Source of the DNA: Candidatus Saccharimonadales bacterium
Lineage (GTDB): Bacteria; Patescibacteriota; Saccharimonadia; Saccharimonadales; JAGPDM01
Direction: 5' to 3'
Assembly: GCA_044227985.1 (NCBI GenBank)
Contig: JBGAVT010000001.1
Coordinates: 6,216 to 70,215 of the forward strand
DNA length: 64,000 nt
The notes under the pieces were generated by a model, which was given only the letters and a program-made list of their open reading frames with translations, had not been told where the DNA came from and ran no database searches. A program made the translations under genes and the position numbers. Positions within the stretch are counted from its first letter, which is position 1. Every line of letters starts with the position of its first letter. Below are positions 1 through 8,191 of the stretch, in pieces.

Positions 1-136
1 CAGCGATTACTTTTTGAGCTGCTTTTTTTGCTTGTTCACGACCAAGGCCAGTCAACTCAACATCGGTTCGACCTGCTACCCAGTCTTCCGCGTTAGCGAT
101 GCTTTCACCATGTCTGATAAAGATAACTTGTTTCAT
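1..136 (-). CDS. Histidine phosphatase (phosphoglycerate mutase-like) family protein, N-terminal fragment; gene continues beyond the window
   Basis: Reverse-complement of 1..136 translates to MKQVIFIRHGESIANAEDWVAGRTDVELTGLGREQAKKAAQKVIA. The RHGES catalytic-His motif is typical of GpmB/histidine phosphatases. ATG at 136-134. Confidence 0.5.
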   Translation of the reverse strand, partial: MKQVIFIRHGESIANAEDWVAGRTDVELTGLGREQAKKAAQKVIA

Positions 137-209
137 GTTAGATGACTATTGTAGCACGCGACGTTTCTTGTTAAGCTTATGCTTGAATAACCGTAATAAG
201 GGTGGAACT

Positions 210-1589
210 ATGCCAAAATCAAAAAACATGTTTGACTACGACTTAATTGTGATTGGCAGCGGAAGTGGTGGTGGTATCGCTGCTCATATTGCCGCTAAAA
301 AAGGTAAAAAAGTAGCAATCTTTGAAAAGCACGACGTTCTCGGTGGTGAATGCCCAAATTGGGCGTGCGTTCCAACCAAAGCTCTTCTACATGCAGCCGA
401 AACCTATCACACAGCAAAAACTGCTTCTCAGTACGGAATATCGATTCAAAATATCTCGATCAACTATCCAAAAGTAAAAGCATGGAAAGATTTGGTTGTT
501 AAACGAACCGGCACCGAACACGGCGACGAAAGCTTCGCTGATTCCGGCATCGCTGTTTATCACGAGAATGCGCGTTTTATCGACAAGGACACAATAACGG
601 CAGGTGGTAAGCGGTTCCGCGCTCGTAAATTTCTGATCGCTAGTGGCACGACTAATTTTATCCCGCCAATTACTGGCTTACTCGATACTGGTTTCCTTAC
701 TTTTTTCGATGCAATTGACCTGACTAAAGCTCCAAGGTCTATCTTTATTATCGGCGGCGGAGCAATTGGCGTTGAGTTTGCTCATTTGTTCAATCGCTTT
801 GATGTCAAAGTAACTTTGCTAGAGGTTGCGCCACAGCTACTAGGCCGCGAAGAGCCGGAAGCAGCTGAGCTGACTAAGGCGGTTCTTGAAAATCGTGGAG
901 TTCGCATCATCACTGGCGGAACGATATTCTCAGTTAAGAAGAACGGCAACAAAAAGATCATCAGTTACAGCGATGGGAAAACCGCCAGTACATTATCCGT
1001 TGATGAAATCTTGGTTGCGGCTGGTAAAAAACCAAATGTTGATCTCGGACTCGAAAACGCAGGTGTAAAATATACGCCACGCGGGATTACCACCAACCGG
1101 TTTATGCAGACAAGTAAGAAGCACATCTTTGCCGCTGGAGATGTAGTCGGACCATATCAATTCACTCATACCGCAAGTTACCAAAGCCGTTTAGCTGGGC
1201 ACAATATGTTCAGTCGTGACAAAAATAAAGTGGCTGTTGATTATTCTGCAATCCCCCGCTGTATTTTCTTTAGCCCAGAGATTGCCAGTGTTGGTCTGAC
1301 TGAACTAGAAGTCCAACGAGCTGGCGTTGCAACCCGGGTAGGACGCGCACCAATTTCTGTAATTGGTAGGAGTAACACTGAGAACCAATCAACAGGCTTT
1401 GTTAAAATCGTTGCTAATAAAAAAGGCCAAATCGTTGGTGCTACGATTGTCGCACCGCGAGCTGGTGAAATGATTCACGAGCTCGGTCTAGCTATCCGAA
1501 TGAAGACAACCGTCGAACAAGTCGCTAGCACAATTCATGCCTTCCCAACTTGGAGTGAAGCTATTCGTGTTGCTGCTGTAGGAATGTAG
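210..1589 (+). CDS. Class-I pyridine nucleotide-disulfide oxidoreductase (dihydrolipoyl dehydrogenase-like flavoprotein)
   Basis: GSGSGG FAD-binding fingerprint; redox-active disulfide GGECPNWACVPTK; second NAD(P) Rossmann GGGAIGVEF; C-terminal dimerisation HAFPTWSEA. ATG at 210 preceded by GGTGG. Upstream part of the long ORF (99..) is probably not translated. Confidence 0.8.
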   Translation: MPKSKNMFDYDLIVIGSGSGGGIAAHIAAKKGKKVAIFEKHDVLGGECPNWACVPTKALLHAAETYHTAKTASQYGISIQNISINYPKVKAWKDLVVKRTGTEHGDESFADSGIAVYHENARFIDKDTITAGGKRFRARKFLIASGTTNFIPPITGLLDTGFLTFFDAIDLTKAPRSIFIIGGGAIGVEFAHLFNRFDVKVTLLEVAPQLLGREEPEAAELTKAVLENRGVRIITGGTIFSVKKNGNKKIISYSDGKTASTLSVDEILVAAGKKPNVDLGLENAGVKYTPRGITTNRFMQTSKKHIFAAGDVVGPYQFTHTASYQSRLAGHNMFSRDKNKVAVDYSAIPRCIFFSPEIASVGLTELEVQRAGVATRVGRAPISVIGRSNTENQSTGFVKIVANKKGQIVGATIVAPRAGEMIHELGLAIRMKTTVEQVASTIHAFPTWSEAIRVAAVGM

Positions 1590-1592
1590 ATT

Positions 1593-2042
1593 CTAGCGAT
1601 ACTGCTGTTGTTTTACTTCTCGATTTAACTCACGACTTGTTTGCCTGTCACTAATCGTCTGTCGTTTGTCTGTATTTTTCTTGCTTTTTCCGACACCGAT
1701 TTCAATCTTGATAAACCTTCCATGAGAACCCATTGCTGTCGGCACAAGATGGCGACCATTTTGTTTGGCGGCTTTGAGTTCTTCAAGTTGCTTAGCAGTG
1801 ACGAGTAGCTTTCTTGATCGAGTTTCCTCATGTGGTTGTTCGCTGGCAAACTTATAGGCGCTGATATGGGTATTAACTAGCCACAACTCACCACCAACAA
1901 TCTGCACGTAGCTTCCCTTGAGTTGAACGTGACCATTACGAGCGCTTTTCACCTCTGGCCCAGACAACATCACTCCTGCCAATAAAGTCTCTTCGATTGC
2001 ATAATCGAAGTACGCTCGCTTGTTTTTAGCAATAATCTTCAT
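1593..2042 (-). CDS. smpB: SsrA-binding protein SmpB
   Basis: MKIIAKNKRAYFDYAIEETLLAGVMLSGPEVKS... is a canonical SmpB N-terminus. Length is about 149 aa. Confidence 0.9.
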   Translation of the reverse strand: MKIIAKNKRAYFDYAIEETLLAGVMLSGPEVKSARNGHVQLKGSYVQIVGGELWLVNTHISAYKFASEQPHEETRSRKLLVTAKQLEELKAAKQNGRHLVPTAMGSHGRFIKIEIGVGKSKKNTDKRQTISDRQTSRELNREVKQQQYR

Positions 2043-2108
2043 ATGCTCTAGTATACGTACTTTGACTGAGCTTGCATAACTTGCTATAATTTAAAACTAG
2101 TTAAATAT

Positions 2109-2183
2109 CGCGGGGTGGAGCAGTGGCAGCTCGTGTGGCTCATAACCACAAGGTCGTAGGTTCGAATCCTACCCCCGCTACCA
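2109..2183 (+). tRNA. tRNA-Met (anticodon CAT), initiator-like
   Basis: CGCGGGGTGGAGCAGTGGCAGCTCGTGTGGCTCATAACCACAAGGTCGTAGGTTCGAATCCTACCCCCGCTACCA. Cloverleaf folds, with a C1:U72 mismatch at the top of the acceptor stem and a 5' CGCGGGG start like bacterial tRNA-fMet. Encoded CCA present. Confidence 0.85.
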
Positions 2184-2191
2184 GTAAAAAC

Positions 2192-2218
2192 GCCTCACAT
2201 AATTGTGGGGCTTTTTTA
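2192..2218 (+). terminator. Rho-independent terminator after tRNA-Met
   Basis: GCCTCACA-TAAT-TGTGGGGC hairpin (8 bp, one G-U) followed by TTTTTT. Confidence 0.6.
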
Positions 2219-2522
2219 CTGCTGGTAAGATGCTAACCGTCATAGTGAATAAAAGGAACGAAGGTCCGCAAGGAGCGGAACGAAGGGGTGGCGAGTACCG
2301 TGAGCATCATCCTACCTAGCTAACTAGAAATCTAAGTATGCGAAAAGGGATGTTTTTATTACATAACTGATAATTGTTTATGTTTTGTGCAGTTATAGTA
2401 TTTAATTTTACGAAATTTTTTGTAAATACATGAATAATATTTATGTATAATAAGATTGATTATTAAGGTAATTAATGTTATTATAAATCCATTACTAGAA
2501 ATATTAAAAAATCGAGACGACA

Positions 2523-3269
2523 ATGAGTAGAAAAATGATTAAGTTCGATGCCCCACCTATTATCGAAGAACGGCCTGCTCCTGGATTAGTCGCACCTCTT
2601 GAGTCTGTTGGCTCAGCGCTCCATGACTCTGAAGCGACTAATCCTGATAGAATTTTTACTACTGTGAATATATCCGATTTAACAAGATTTGAAGCGGAAA
2701 GGTACCATCCGGCGATAAGGACATCATTGACTGGTTTAGTAAGAGCTGTCTTAGAGTATGATGGATCATCTACTAGCATAGAAGTTCGCCACCAGTTTAG
2801 CGAAGGAGAAACACCCGCGCGTGCGCCCCACGTAGATCCTATAATCGACGCGCCTTACAGGACCCTGCGAACTTGGAATCGATGGACAGTTGACTTAATG
2901 CCAGATAGTGAAGCAGCGAGTCGTATGAGTGTAGGAAGATCGCCCACGTTGCAATACGTAGGAACGCTGGAGGAAGATCCTGATATGATTTCTGGTGACG
3001 GGAAAATCACTTTTAACGGAAAAGATGAACCTCTTGAAAGTGACATGTCGGATGTATTTGATGCTTACTTCAATGAAGGCATTAACACTACCCTAATCAC
3101 TGCTAACGGTGGATTATTACGTTATAGAAGATTGCCTGGAGACGCAGAACCTCCAGGAAACTATGATCTCGTTTCTGGTAGAGATGGCTACATGACCATA
3201 TCACCAGGTAACGCAATCCATCGTGAACCATATGTGCAACCTGGTGGCACTTTACTGAGTATTCGATAG
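2523..3269 (+). CDS. Hypothetical protein (ORFan) with composition unlike its flanks
   Basis: 248-aa ORF with no recognisable motifs. GC is clearly higher than the very AT-rich 2300-2520 and 3270-3470 flanks. Lies next to the tRNA. Confidence 0.45.
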   Translation: MSRKMIKFDAPPIIEERPAPGLVAPLESVGSALHDSEATNPDRIFTTVNISDLTRFEAERYHPAIRTSLTGLVRAVLEYDGSSTSIEVRHQFSEGETPARAPHVDPIIDAPYRTLRTWNRWTVDLMPDSEAASRMSVGRSPTLQYVGTLEEDPDMISGDGKITFNGKDEPLESDMSDVFDAYFNEGINTTLITANGGLLRYRRLPGDAEPPGNYDLVSGRDGYMTISPGNAIHREPYVQPGGTLLSIR

Positions 3270-3473
3270 TTATATAGTTGAATAATCCAACAATAAACAA
3301 TAATTATGGTACTACTACATTCTATTGAGTGACAAAGAATTTACTTGCATGAAGTACCATTCATATATTACAAATCATTACATTTATACAAGTTATTAAA
3401 TAAATTAATTAATACAAAAAGATACCAATCTACAACAATAATTTTAGAAAAAATTTCTCAAACAAGAACAGTT

Positions 3474-4238
3474 TTAAACCTCAAATATATCTCCAACACC
3501 AAACTTAACCGCACCAATCTCTGAGTAGAATTTCGAAAAAGTAGGTGGATCAATACAATGCATCGGGTAAATATTATCAACTTTTTCGGTCTTAAAATAA
3601 TCAAGCGCACCTCCTACAGCGATTGGCTCATCTTCAAATAGATGAAAACCACCCGCAACCGTTTTTATTGATTGACCAGTAACCTGCTTCGCATGCTCAC
3701 AAATATTAACCACTCCGGCGTGAGAACAACCAGTTAGCACAAATAAACCATCCTCAGTCTTAACTGCTATCGCGGAATCGTCTAGCATAGGATCGCCCTT
3801 ATGTGCACCTGTTTCAAATACAGTAGTTCGTGGAATTTCGCCAAGAAAAAGAATTCCGGGGCTAAATTCTAGTGACTCTCGACTTGTTATAATTTCAAAA
3901 TCTCTTCGGTGTAGCTCGGAATCCTCTTTCGGTACTTTTTCCAAAACATCAGGATGCATGATCAATTTTTTCTTATTATTAAATTCATGATAAAGCAGAC
4001 CTTTGGTGTGATCCCAGTGGTGATGAGAAAGAACTATAAAATCTGCTGTGTCGACATCAACCCCGATGTTCTTAGCGTTATTTTTCCAATTCTCAGAATG
4101 ACCTGAATCAAAAAGAATATTAATCTTACCAGTTTCTAAAAAAGCTGAAAATCCCCACTCTGCAAAGCAGGTTGTGTTACTGCGAGTCTTAGGTCCATTT
4201 GGACTCATCATATTTTCTGAAAGTATTGTCAGCTTCAT
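3474..4238 (-). CDS. MBL-fold metallo-hydrolase
   Basis: HHHWDH zinc-binding motif plus later conserved His/Asp. Start preferred at MKLTILSEN (4238) rather than the upstream in-frame M at 4283. Confidence 0.7.
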   Translation of the reverse strand: MKLTILSENMMSPNGPKTRSNTTCFAEWGFSAFLETGKINILFDSGHSENWKNNAKNIGVDVDTADFIVLSHHHWDHTKGLLYHEFNNKKKLIMHPDVLEKVPKEDSELHRRDFEIITSRESLEFSPGILFLGEIPRTTVFETGAHKGDPMLDDSAIAVKTEDGLFVLTGCSHAGVVNICEHAKQVTGQSIKTVAGGFHLFEDEPIAVGGALDYFKTEKVDNIYPMHCIDPPTFSKFYSEIGAVKFGVGDIFEV

Positions 4239-4313
4239 TATGTTTATTCTACATGAAGACCAATGTCTAGATAAACTAAGCAATCTAAGTACGTTATCTA
4301 TATAATTAAGTTC

Positions 4314-5186
4314 ATGCTTAAAAAAATCTTAATAGTTTTAATTATTACGCTTATTTCAGTTGGGATAGGATTTTTTCTTTATAATGCCCAGCAACCACCA
4401 AAACAGAAGACGAAAAATAAAGAAGAAACAAAGCTTACATACACTGCGCTTGGTGATTCAGTCGCTGCTGGTATCGGACTAAATGACCCAAGCGATTCAA
4501 GTGCTTGCGACAGAACTGAGCAATCATATCCAAATCAACTAGCGAAACTACAAAACTACGAAATGACCAATCTTGCTTGTAGCGGTGCAAAACTTACTAA
4601 TGGAATACTGCAATCACAAGAAATTAATAAACTATCGCTCACACCACAACTAGATAAGATGTTTGAAAAAGTAAAACCAGATATCATCACTATCACAATT
4701 GGTGCCAATGATGCACGTTGGACTGAAATCATTACCAAGTGTTACCTTTCGACATGCGGGGATACTCAAGATCTTGTATCTATCAAACAATCACTTGCTA
4801 CAATTTCTGACAATCTTCATAGTACTCTGCAAAAAATTGAGCAGCAATATCCCAAGAATCCCCCAAAAGTTTTTGTAACTGGTTACTACCAAGTCTTTCC
4901 CGAAACTGTGCCGGCTAAATGTAGTGATTTACAAAATATCTCTGAGAATGAGATAAAACAAGGTCGTACTTTGTTGGCATCTCTCAGCCAAACAATCCAA
5001 GCAACAACAAACAATTTTGACAACGTAGAATTTATAGCAATTGACTTTTCAGGACATGAGCTTTGTAGCCAAGATCCATGGGTTCAAGGGCTAAATGCCA
5101 AAGCACCATATCACCCAAATGCTATGGGACAGAAAGCTATCGCTGAACAAATAAGTAGTGCAATTGAAAATGATAATAACAGATGA
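4314..5186 (+). CDS. Membrane-anchored SGNH/GDSL-family hydrolase (lipase/esterase or acyl-esterase)
   Basis: N-terminal TM helix, then the GDS block ALGDSVAAG, a GANDAR block, and a C-terminal HPN (catalytic His) block. Confidence 0.75.
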   Translation: MLKKILIVLIITLISVGIGFFLYNAQQPPKQKTKNKEETKLTYTALGDSVAAGIGLNDPSDSSACDRTEQSYPNQLAKLQNYEMTNLACSGAKLTNGILQSQEINKLSLTPQLDKMFEKVKPDIITITIGANDARWTEIITKCYLSTCGDTQDLVSIKQSLATISDNLHSTLQKIEQQYPKNPPKVFVTGYYQVFPETVPAKCSDLQNISENEIKQGRTLLASLSQTIQATTNNFDNVEFIAIDFSGHELCSQDPWVQGLNAKAPYHPNAMGQKAIAEQISSAIENDNNR

Positions 5187-5869
5187 TAAAGATACATAAC
5201 CTAACTAAAACATATGGGAAAAATGAAAATACGTTTACTGCTCTTTCAGACATTAATCTAGAGATTAAAGATAATCAAACTGTTTCAATTATTGGTAAGA
5301 GTGGTTCAGGAAAATCAACCTTGATGCATATTATGAGTGGGCTCGATAGACCAAGTGAAGGTACCGTCTTGTTCGAAGATATAGACATTTTTAAAATGAA
5401 AGCTCGTAAGATTGATACGTTTCGAAGCTCAACAATTAGCTTTATCTTTCAGTCATTTTTTATAGAACCAAATCAAACATGCTTCCAGAATGTTATGCTA
5501 CCACTGGAAATAGCGAATACACCACTTACTTCTCGTAGGAAGCTTGTACTTGAAGCATTAAAATCAGTTGAGCTCGATGATAAGGCCAACAGTCAAGCAG
5601 CTAATCTATCCGGCGGACAGAAACAGCGACTAGCAATTGCCCGGGCAATAGTTAATAAACCAAAAGTTTTGTTTGCAGACGAACCAACTGGAAATCTCGA
5701 TTCTGCAACAGGAGATAAAATTATAAATCTACTTTTTGAACTTAACAAAAAACTAGAAGGTATCTTGATCATCGTGACTCACGACTCTGAACTAGCAGCA
5801 CGCTGCGATCAGCACATCAAACTTAAAGACGGCAGAATACAAAGTATTGTCAGTAAGGTTGAGGAATAA
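5183..5869 (+). CDS. ABC transporter ATP-binding protein (LolD/MacB/FtsE-like)
   Basis: Walker A GKSGSGKST, signature LSGGQKQRLAIARA, Walker B LFADEPTGNLD, H-loop VTHD. Overlaps the upstream gene by 4 nt. Confidence 0.9.
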   Translation: MIKIHNLTKTYGKNENTFTALSDINLEIKDNQTVSIIGKSGSGKSTLMHIMSGLDRPSEGTVLFEDIDIFKMKARKIDTFRSSTISFIFQSFFIEPNQTCFQNVMLPLEIANTPLTSRRKLVLEALKSVELDDKANSQAANLSGGQKQRLAIARAIVNKPKVLFADEPTGNLDSATGDKIINLLFELNKKLEGILIIVTHDSELAARCDQHIKLKDGRIQSIVSKVEE

Positions 5870-5870
5870 G

Positions 5871-7241
5871 ATGAAAACAATTGATATCGTTAGACGATCA
5901 ACTCGTAGTTTATTTAGCGCTAAAGCCCGTACAGTATTGACGACTCTTGCAATTGCAGTAGGTGCTTTTACGCTTACGCTGACTCTGGGTGCCAGCAACG
6001 GTGCTCAGAAGTATGCCGATGAGATTGTTTCTGTTAACTTTGACCCAAGTGAGCTAATCGTTACAAAAGATAAGAACATTTTTCGAGCTGCTGATGACTC
6101 CAAACCTAAAGAATTCGAAGAAGGTTTTGGTACGATTGCTACACCGAGCGGGATAGACCAACAGATAAAATTACTCGATGAAAATGACATTTCGGGTTTA
6201 GAGGAAATAAAAGGAATTAGTTCTGCTCGACCAGCTATTAATCTTAGTCTGAAATATATCACTCGTGATGGTCAAAAAAAATACGTTGGTACCGCCCAAG
6301 AATACAGTAACTACCGACAACCGGAACTACTAGCTGGTTCGATTCCTGATAGGCTAGAAAATCACACTATCATCTTGCCCGAAGGTTTTGTCGAGCCACT
6401 CGGCTTTGATTCTGCCAAAAAGGCAGTTGGTAAGAAAGTTCGTCTAGCCGTTGAGAATAAAGCCAAACAAGCAGATAATCTTAGTTCACTTTTGCGACAG
6501 AATAGTCCTTCGGATTTTAATAAAATAAATAATGTTGATAATGTACTCGAGGAAGAATATAAAGTAATTGCCGTAACAAAGACACCAGGAAATCTAGTCC
6601 AACCCGGCACGGCACTAAATCTTAATATTAATGGCGATGACCTACAACGATTGAACAATTTTAAGACCAAAAACAGCGATAGTTTTGGGCGCTATATCAG
6701 TGCCTATGTTAAAGTAGAAAACTGGCAAGATACTAATGATCTACAGCAGGCAAAAAAAATGGTTGAAAGCAAGGGTTACAACGCACAAAGTGTCATGGAC
6801 ACACAGAAAATAATCACCCAAGTTATCGGGGTTCTTCAGGGGATTGTGACAGTGTTTGGAGTGATAGCTGTCATTGCATCAATATTTGGTGTTATCAACA
6901 CAATGTATATAAGCGTACTGCAGCGAACTCGTGAAATCGGACTGATGAAAGCGCTCGGTATGCATAAACGAAACATCAATTTACTGTTTTTAGTTGAAGC
7001 CGGACTACTTGGGTTATTTGGAGGTGTACTGGGCTCAATTATTGCGGTGATTGCAGGCACACTTCTTAACCCTGTTATCTCAGATACACTAGAGCTCGGC
7101 GATCAAAATCTACTGATATTTAACGCCATACAGATTATTGGTTTGATCAGTGCCCTAGTCACTGTGGCTGTTCTCGCTGGCCTATTCCCTGCTCGAAAAG
7201 CATCAAAACTTGATCCTATAGAAGCACTCCGAACAGAATAA
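5871..7241 (+). CDS. ABC transporter permease, FtsX/MacB-type with large extracytoplasmic domain
   Basis: N-terminal TM, about 270-aa periplasmic segment, C-terminal FtsX-like 3-TM bundle (GVINTMYISVLQRTREIGLMKALG). ATG at 5871, 1 nt after the ATPase stop. Confidence 0.85.
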   Translation: MKTIDIVRRSTRSLFSAKARTVLTTLAIAVGAFTLTLTLGASNGAQKYADEIVSVNFDPSELIVTKDKNIFRAADDSKPKEFEEGFGTIATPSGIDQQIKLLDENDISGLEEIKGISSARPAINLSLKYITRDGQKKYVGTAQEYSNYRQPELLAGSIPDRLENHTIILPEGFVEPLGFDSAKKAVGKKVRLAVENKAKQADNLSSLLRQNSPSDFNKINNVDNVLEEEYKVIAVTKTPGNLVQPGTALNLNINGDDLQRLNNFKTKNSDSFGRYISAYVKVENWQDTNDLQQAKKMVESKGYNAQSVMDTQKIITQVIGVLQGIVTVFGVIAVIASIFGVINTMYISVLQRTREIGLMKALGMHKRNINLLFLVEAGLLGLFGGVLGSIIAVIAGTLLNPVISDTLELGDQNLLIFNAIQIIGLISALVTVAVLAGLFPARKASKLDPIEALRTE

Positions 7242-7392
7242 TCGTAAAGATTTTTTCATAATTTTAACTTCTCTCAAACTTTTTATGTTTTAAAAACTAT
7301 AATGCTCATGCTTGCAAATTTTATAGCCAAAGGACTAATCTGCTACTTAGGACGGGCTGGGGGTCTCACAAACTAATTAATTGGAGGTCTTT

Positions 7393-8112
7393 ATGACTGA
7401 ACAAACTAGTGCGATAAATATAACCCCTAAACAGCTCATGGCATTCACAGGAGTGATTTTAGCTTTCACTCTTGCCGTAGTTTATCTGACGACTAGTCTT
7501 GTTGTTAACAGCCAGAAAGCTTCGGCAGAACAACAGAATAACAATGGCTCAGCTCCACAATTAGTTGTATCAGAAGGTGCAAACACAGCCAATGGTTGTG
7601 TCGATGTCGATGCCGCTAAAAACACCGACAATGACGACGCAAGTTACAAAGCTGGTGACGTTGTACATTTTGGTGGAAAAAGATACACCGTAATGGGCGT
7701 AGTTCCATCAAGCACCACTCAAATTAATGAAGATAATGATACTCACTACACATCAACCGTTGATAATCGTAATAGTGGAAATACCGACAATCGTAATAGT
7801 CGAAATTCCGATAGTCGATATAGTGGAAATGCACTAACTGATAGTCGTAATAGTGGAAACACCACAACAAATACTGATAATCGAAACCAGGGGAACACCG
7901 ACATCGTAATGCGCAACAACGGCAATACACAAACAGACAACCGTAATAGTGGAAACACCATAACAAATACTGATAATCGAAACCAGGGGAACACTTCAAA
8001 CTCTGGCAACACCGATAGCAGTAATAGTGGAAATACCGATAGTCGATATAGTGGAAATGCACTAAATCTAAACAATGGTAATACTACGAATTCAAATAAC
8101 TTTGAGCTATAA
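7393..8112 (+). CDS. Membrane-anchored or secreted low-complexity repeat protein (N/S/T/D/R-rich)
   Basis: GGAGG RBS then ATG at 7393. N-terminal hydrophobic anchor. C-terminal half is degenerate tandem repeats of about 8 aa (DNRNSGNT / SRYSGNAL). Confidence 0.6.
   Translation: MTEQTSAINITPKQLMAFTGVILAFTLAVVYLTTSLVVNSQKASAEQQNNNGSAPQLVVSEGANTANGCVDVDAAKNTDNDDASYKAGDVVHFGGKRYTVMGVVPSSTTQINEDNDTHYTSTVDNRNSGNTDNRNSRNSDSRYSGNALTDSRNSGNTTTNTDNRNQGNTDIVMRNNGNTQTDNRNSGNTITNTDNRNQGNTSNSGNTDSSNSGNTDSRYSGNALNLNNGNTTNSNNFEL
7750..8090 (+). repeat. Imperfect tandem DNA repeats (about 24-nt units, e.g. gataatcgtaatagtggaaataccgac) inside the repeat-protein gene
   Basis: Directly visible repeated units aatagtggaaa(t/c)acc, gataatcgaaaccaggggaacac (x2) and gatagtcgatatagtggaaatgcactaa (x2). 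Confidence 0.7.
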
Positions 8113-8145
8113 ATCAACATAGTTAAAAATATTTAAAATATATTG

Positions 8146-8188
8146 AGACAAAAGAGCTCGCGCCAAAACTAGCGCGGGTTCTTTTGTC
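8146..8188. terminator. Bidirectional intrinsic terminator between convergent genes
   Basis: AGCTCGCGC / GCGCGGGTT stem (about 9 bp including G-U) with an 8-nt loop, flanked by A-tract (gacaaaag) and T-tract (ttcttttg). Serves the + strand repeat-protein gene and the - strand ndh gene. Confidence 0.55.
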
Positions 8189-8191
8189 GTA

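Noticed and set aside
886-1184. Short internal or antisense ORFs such as 886..1068(+), 993..1184(-), 35252..35743(-) and 42578..43263(+)
   Set aside because: All lie inside well-supported conserved genes on another frame or strand. They are treated as spurious.
2300-2320. Possible att-site direct repeat of the tRNA 3' end (ATCCTACC at 2306-2313 vs tRNA 2166-2173)
   Set aside because: Only 8 nt are identical, and the rest diverges. That is too short to call an integration repeat without an integrase.
2043-2520. tmRNA (ssrA) expected next to smpB
   Set aside because: I looked for a tRNA-like 3' domain (second GGTTCGA…CCACCA) and a tag-peptide reading frame in 2043-2108 and 2220-2520 on both strands. 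The only T-arm/CCA belongs to the ordinary tRNA-Met at 2109-2183. No tmRNA is supportable here.
7750-8090. CRISPR array
   Set aside because: The repeats are imperfect, are contiguous without unique spacers, and lie inside a coding frame. No cas genes are nearby. No CRISPR-like repeat-spacer architecture occurs anywhere in the window.
7724-8120. Two long minus-strand ORFs (112 and 124 aa) antisense to the repeat-protein gene
   Set aside because: They are artefacts of low-complexity repetitive DNA. Their Phe/Leu/Cys/Tyr-rich translations are reading-frame echoes of the + strand repeats. They have no RBS and no independent support.
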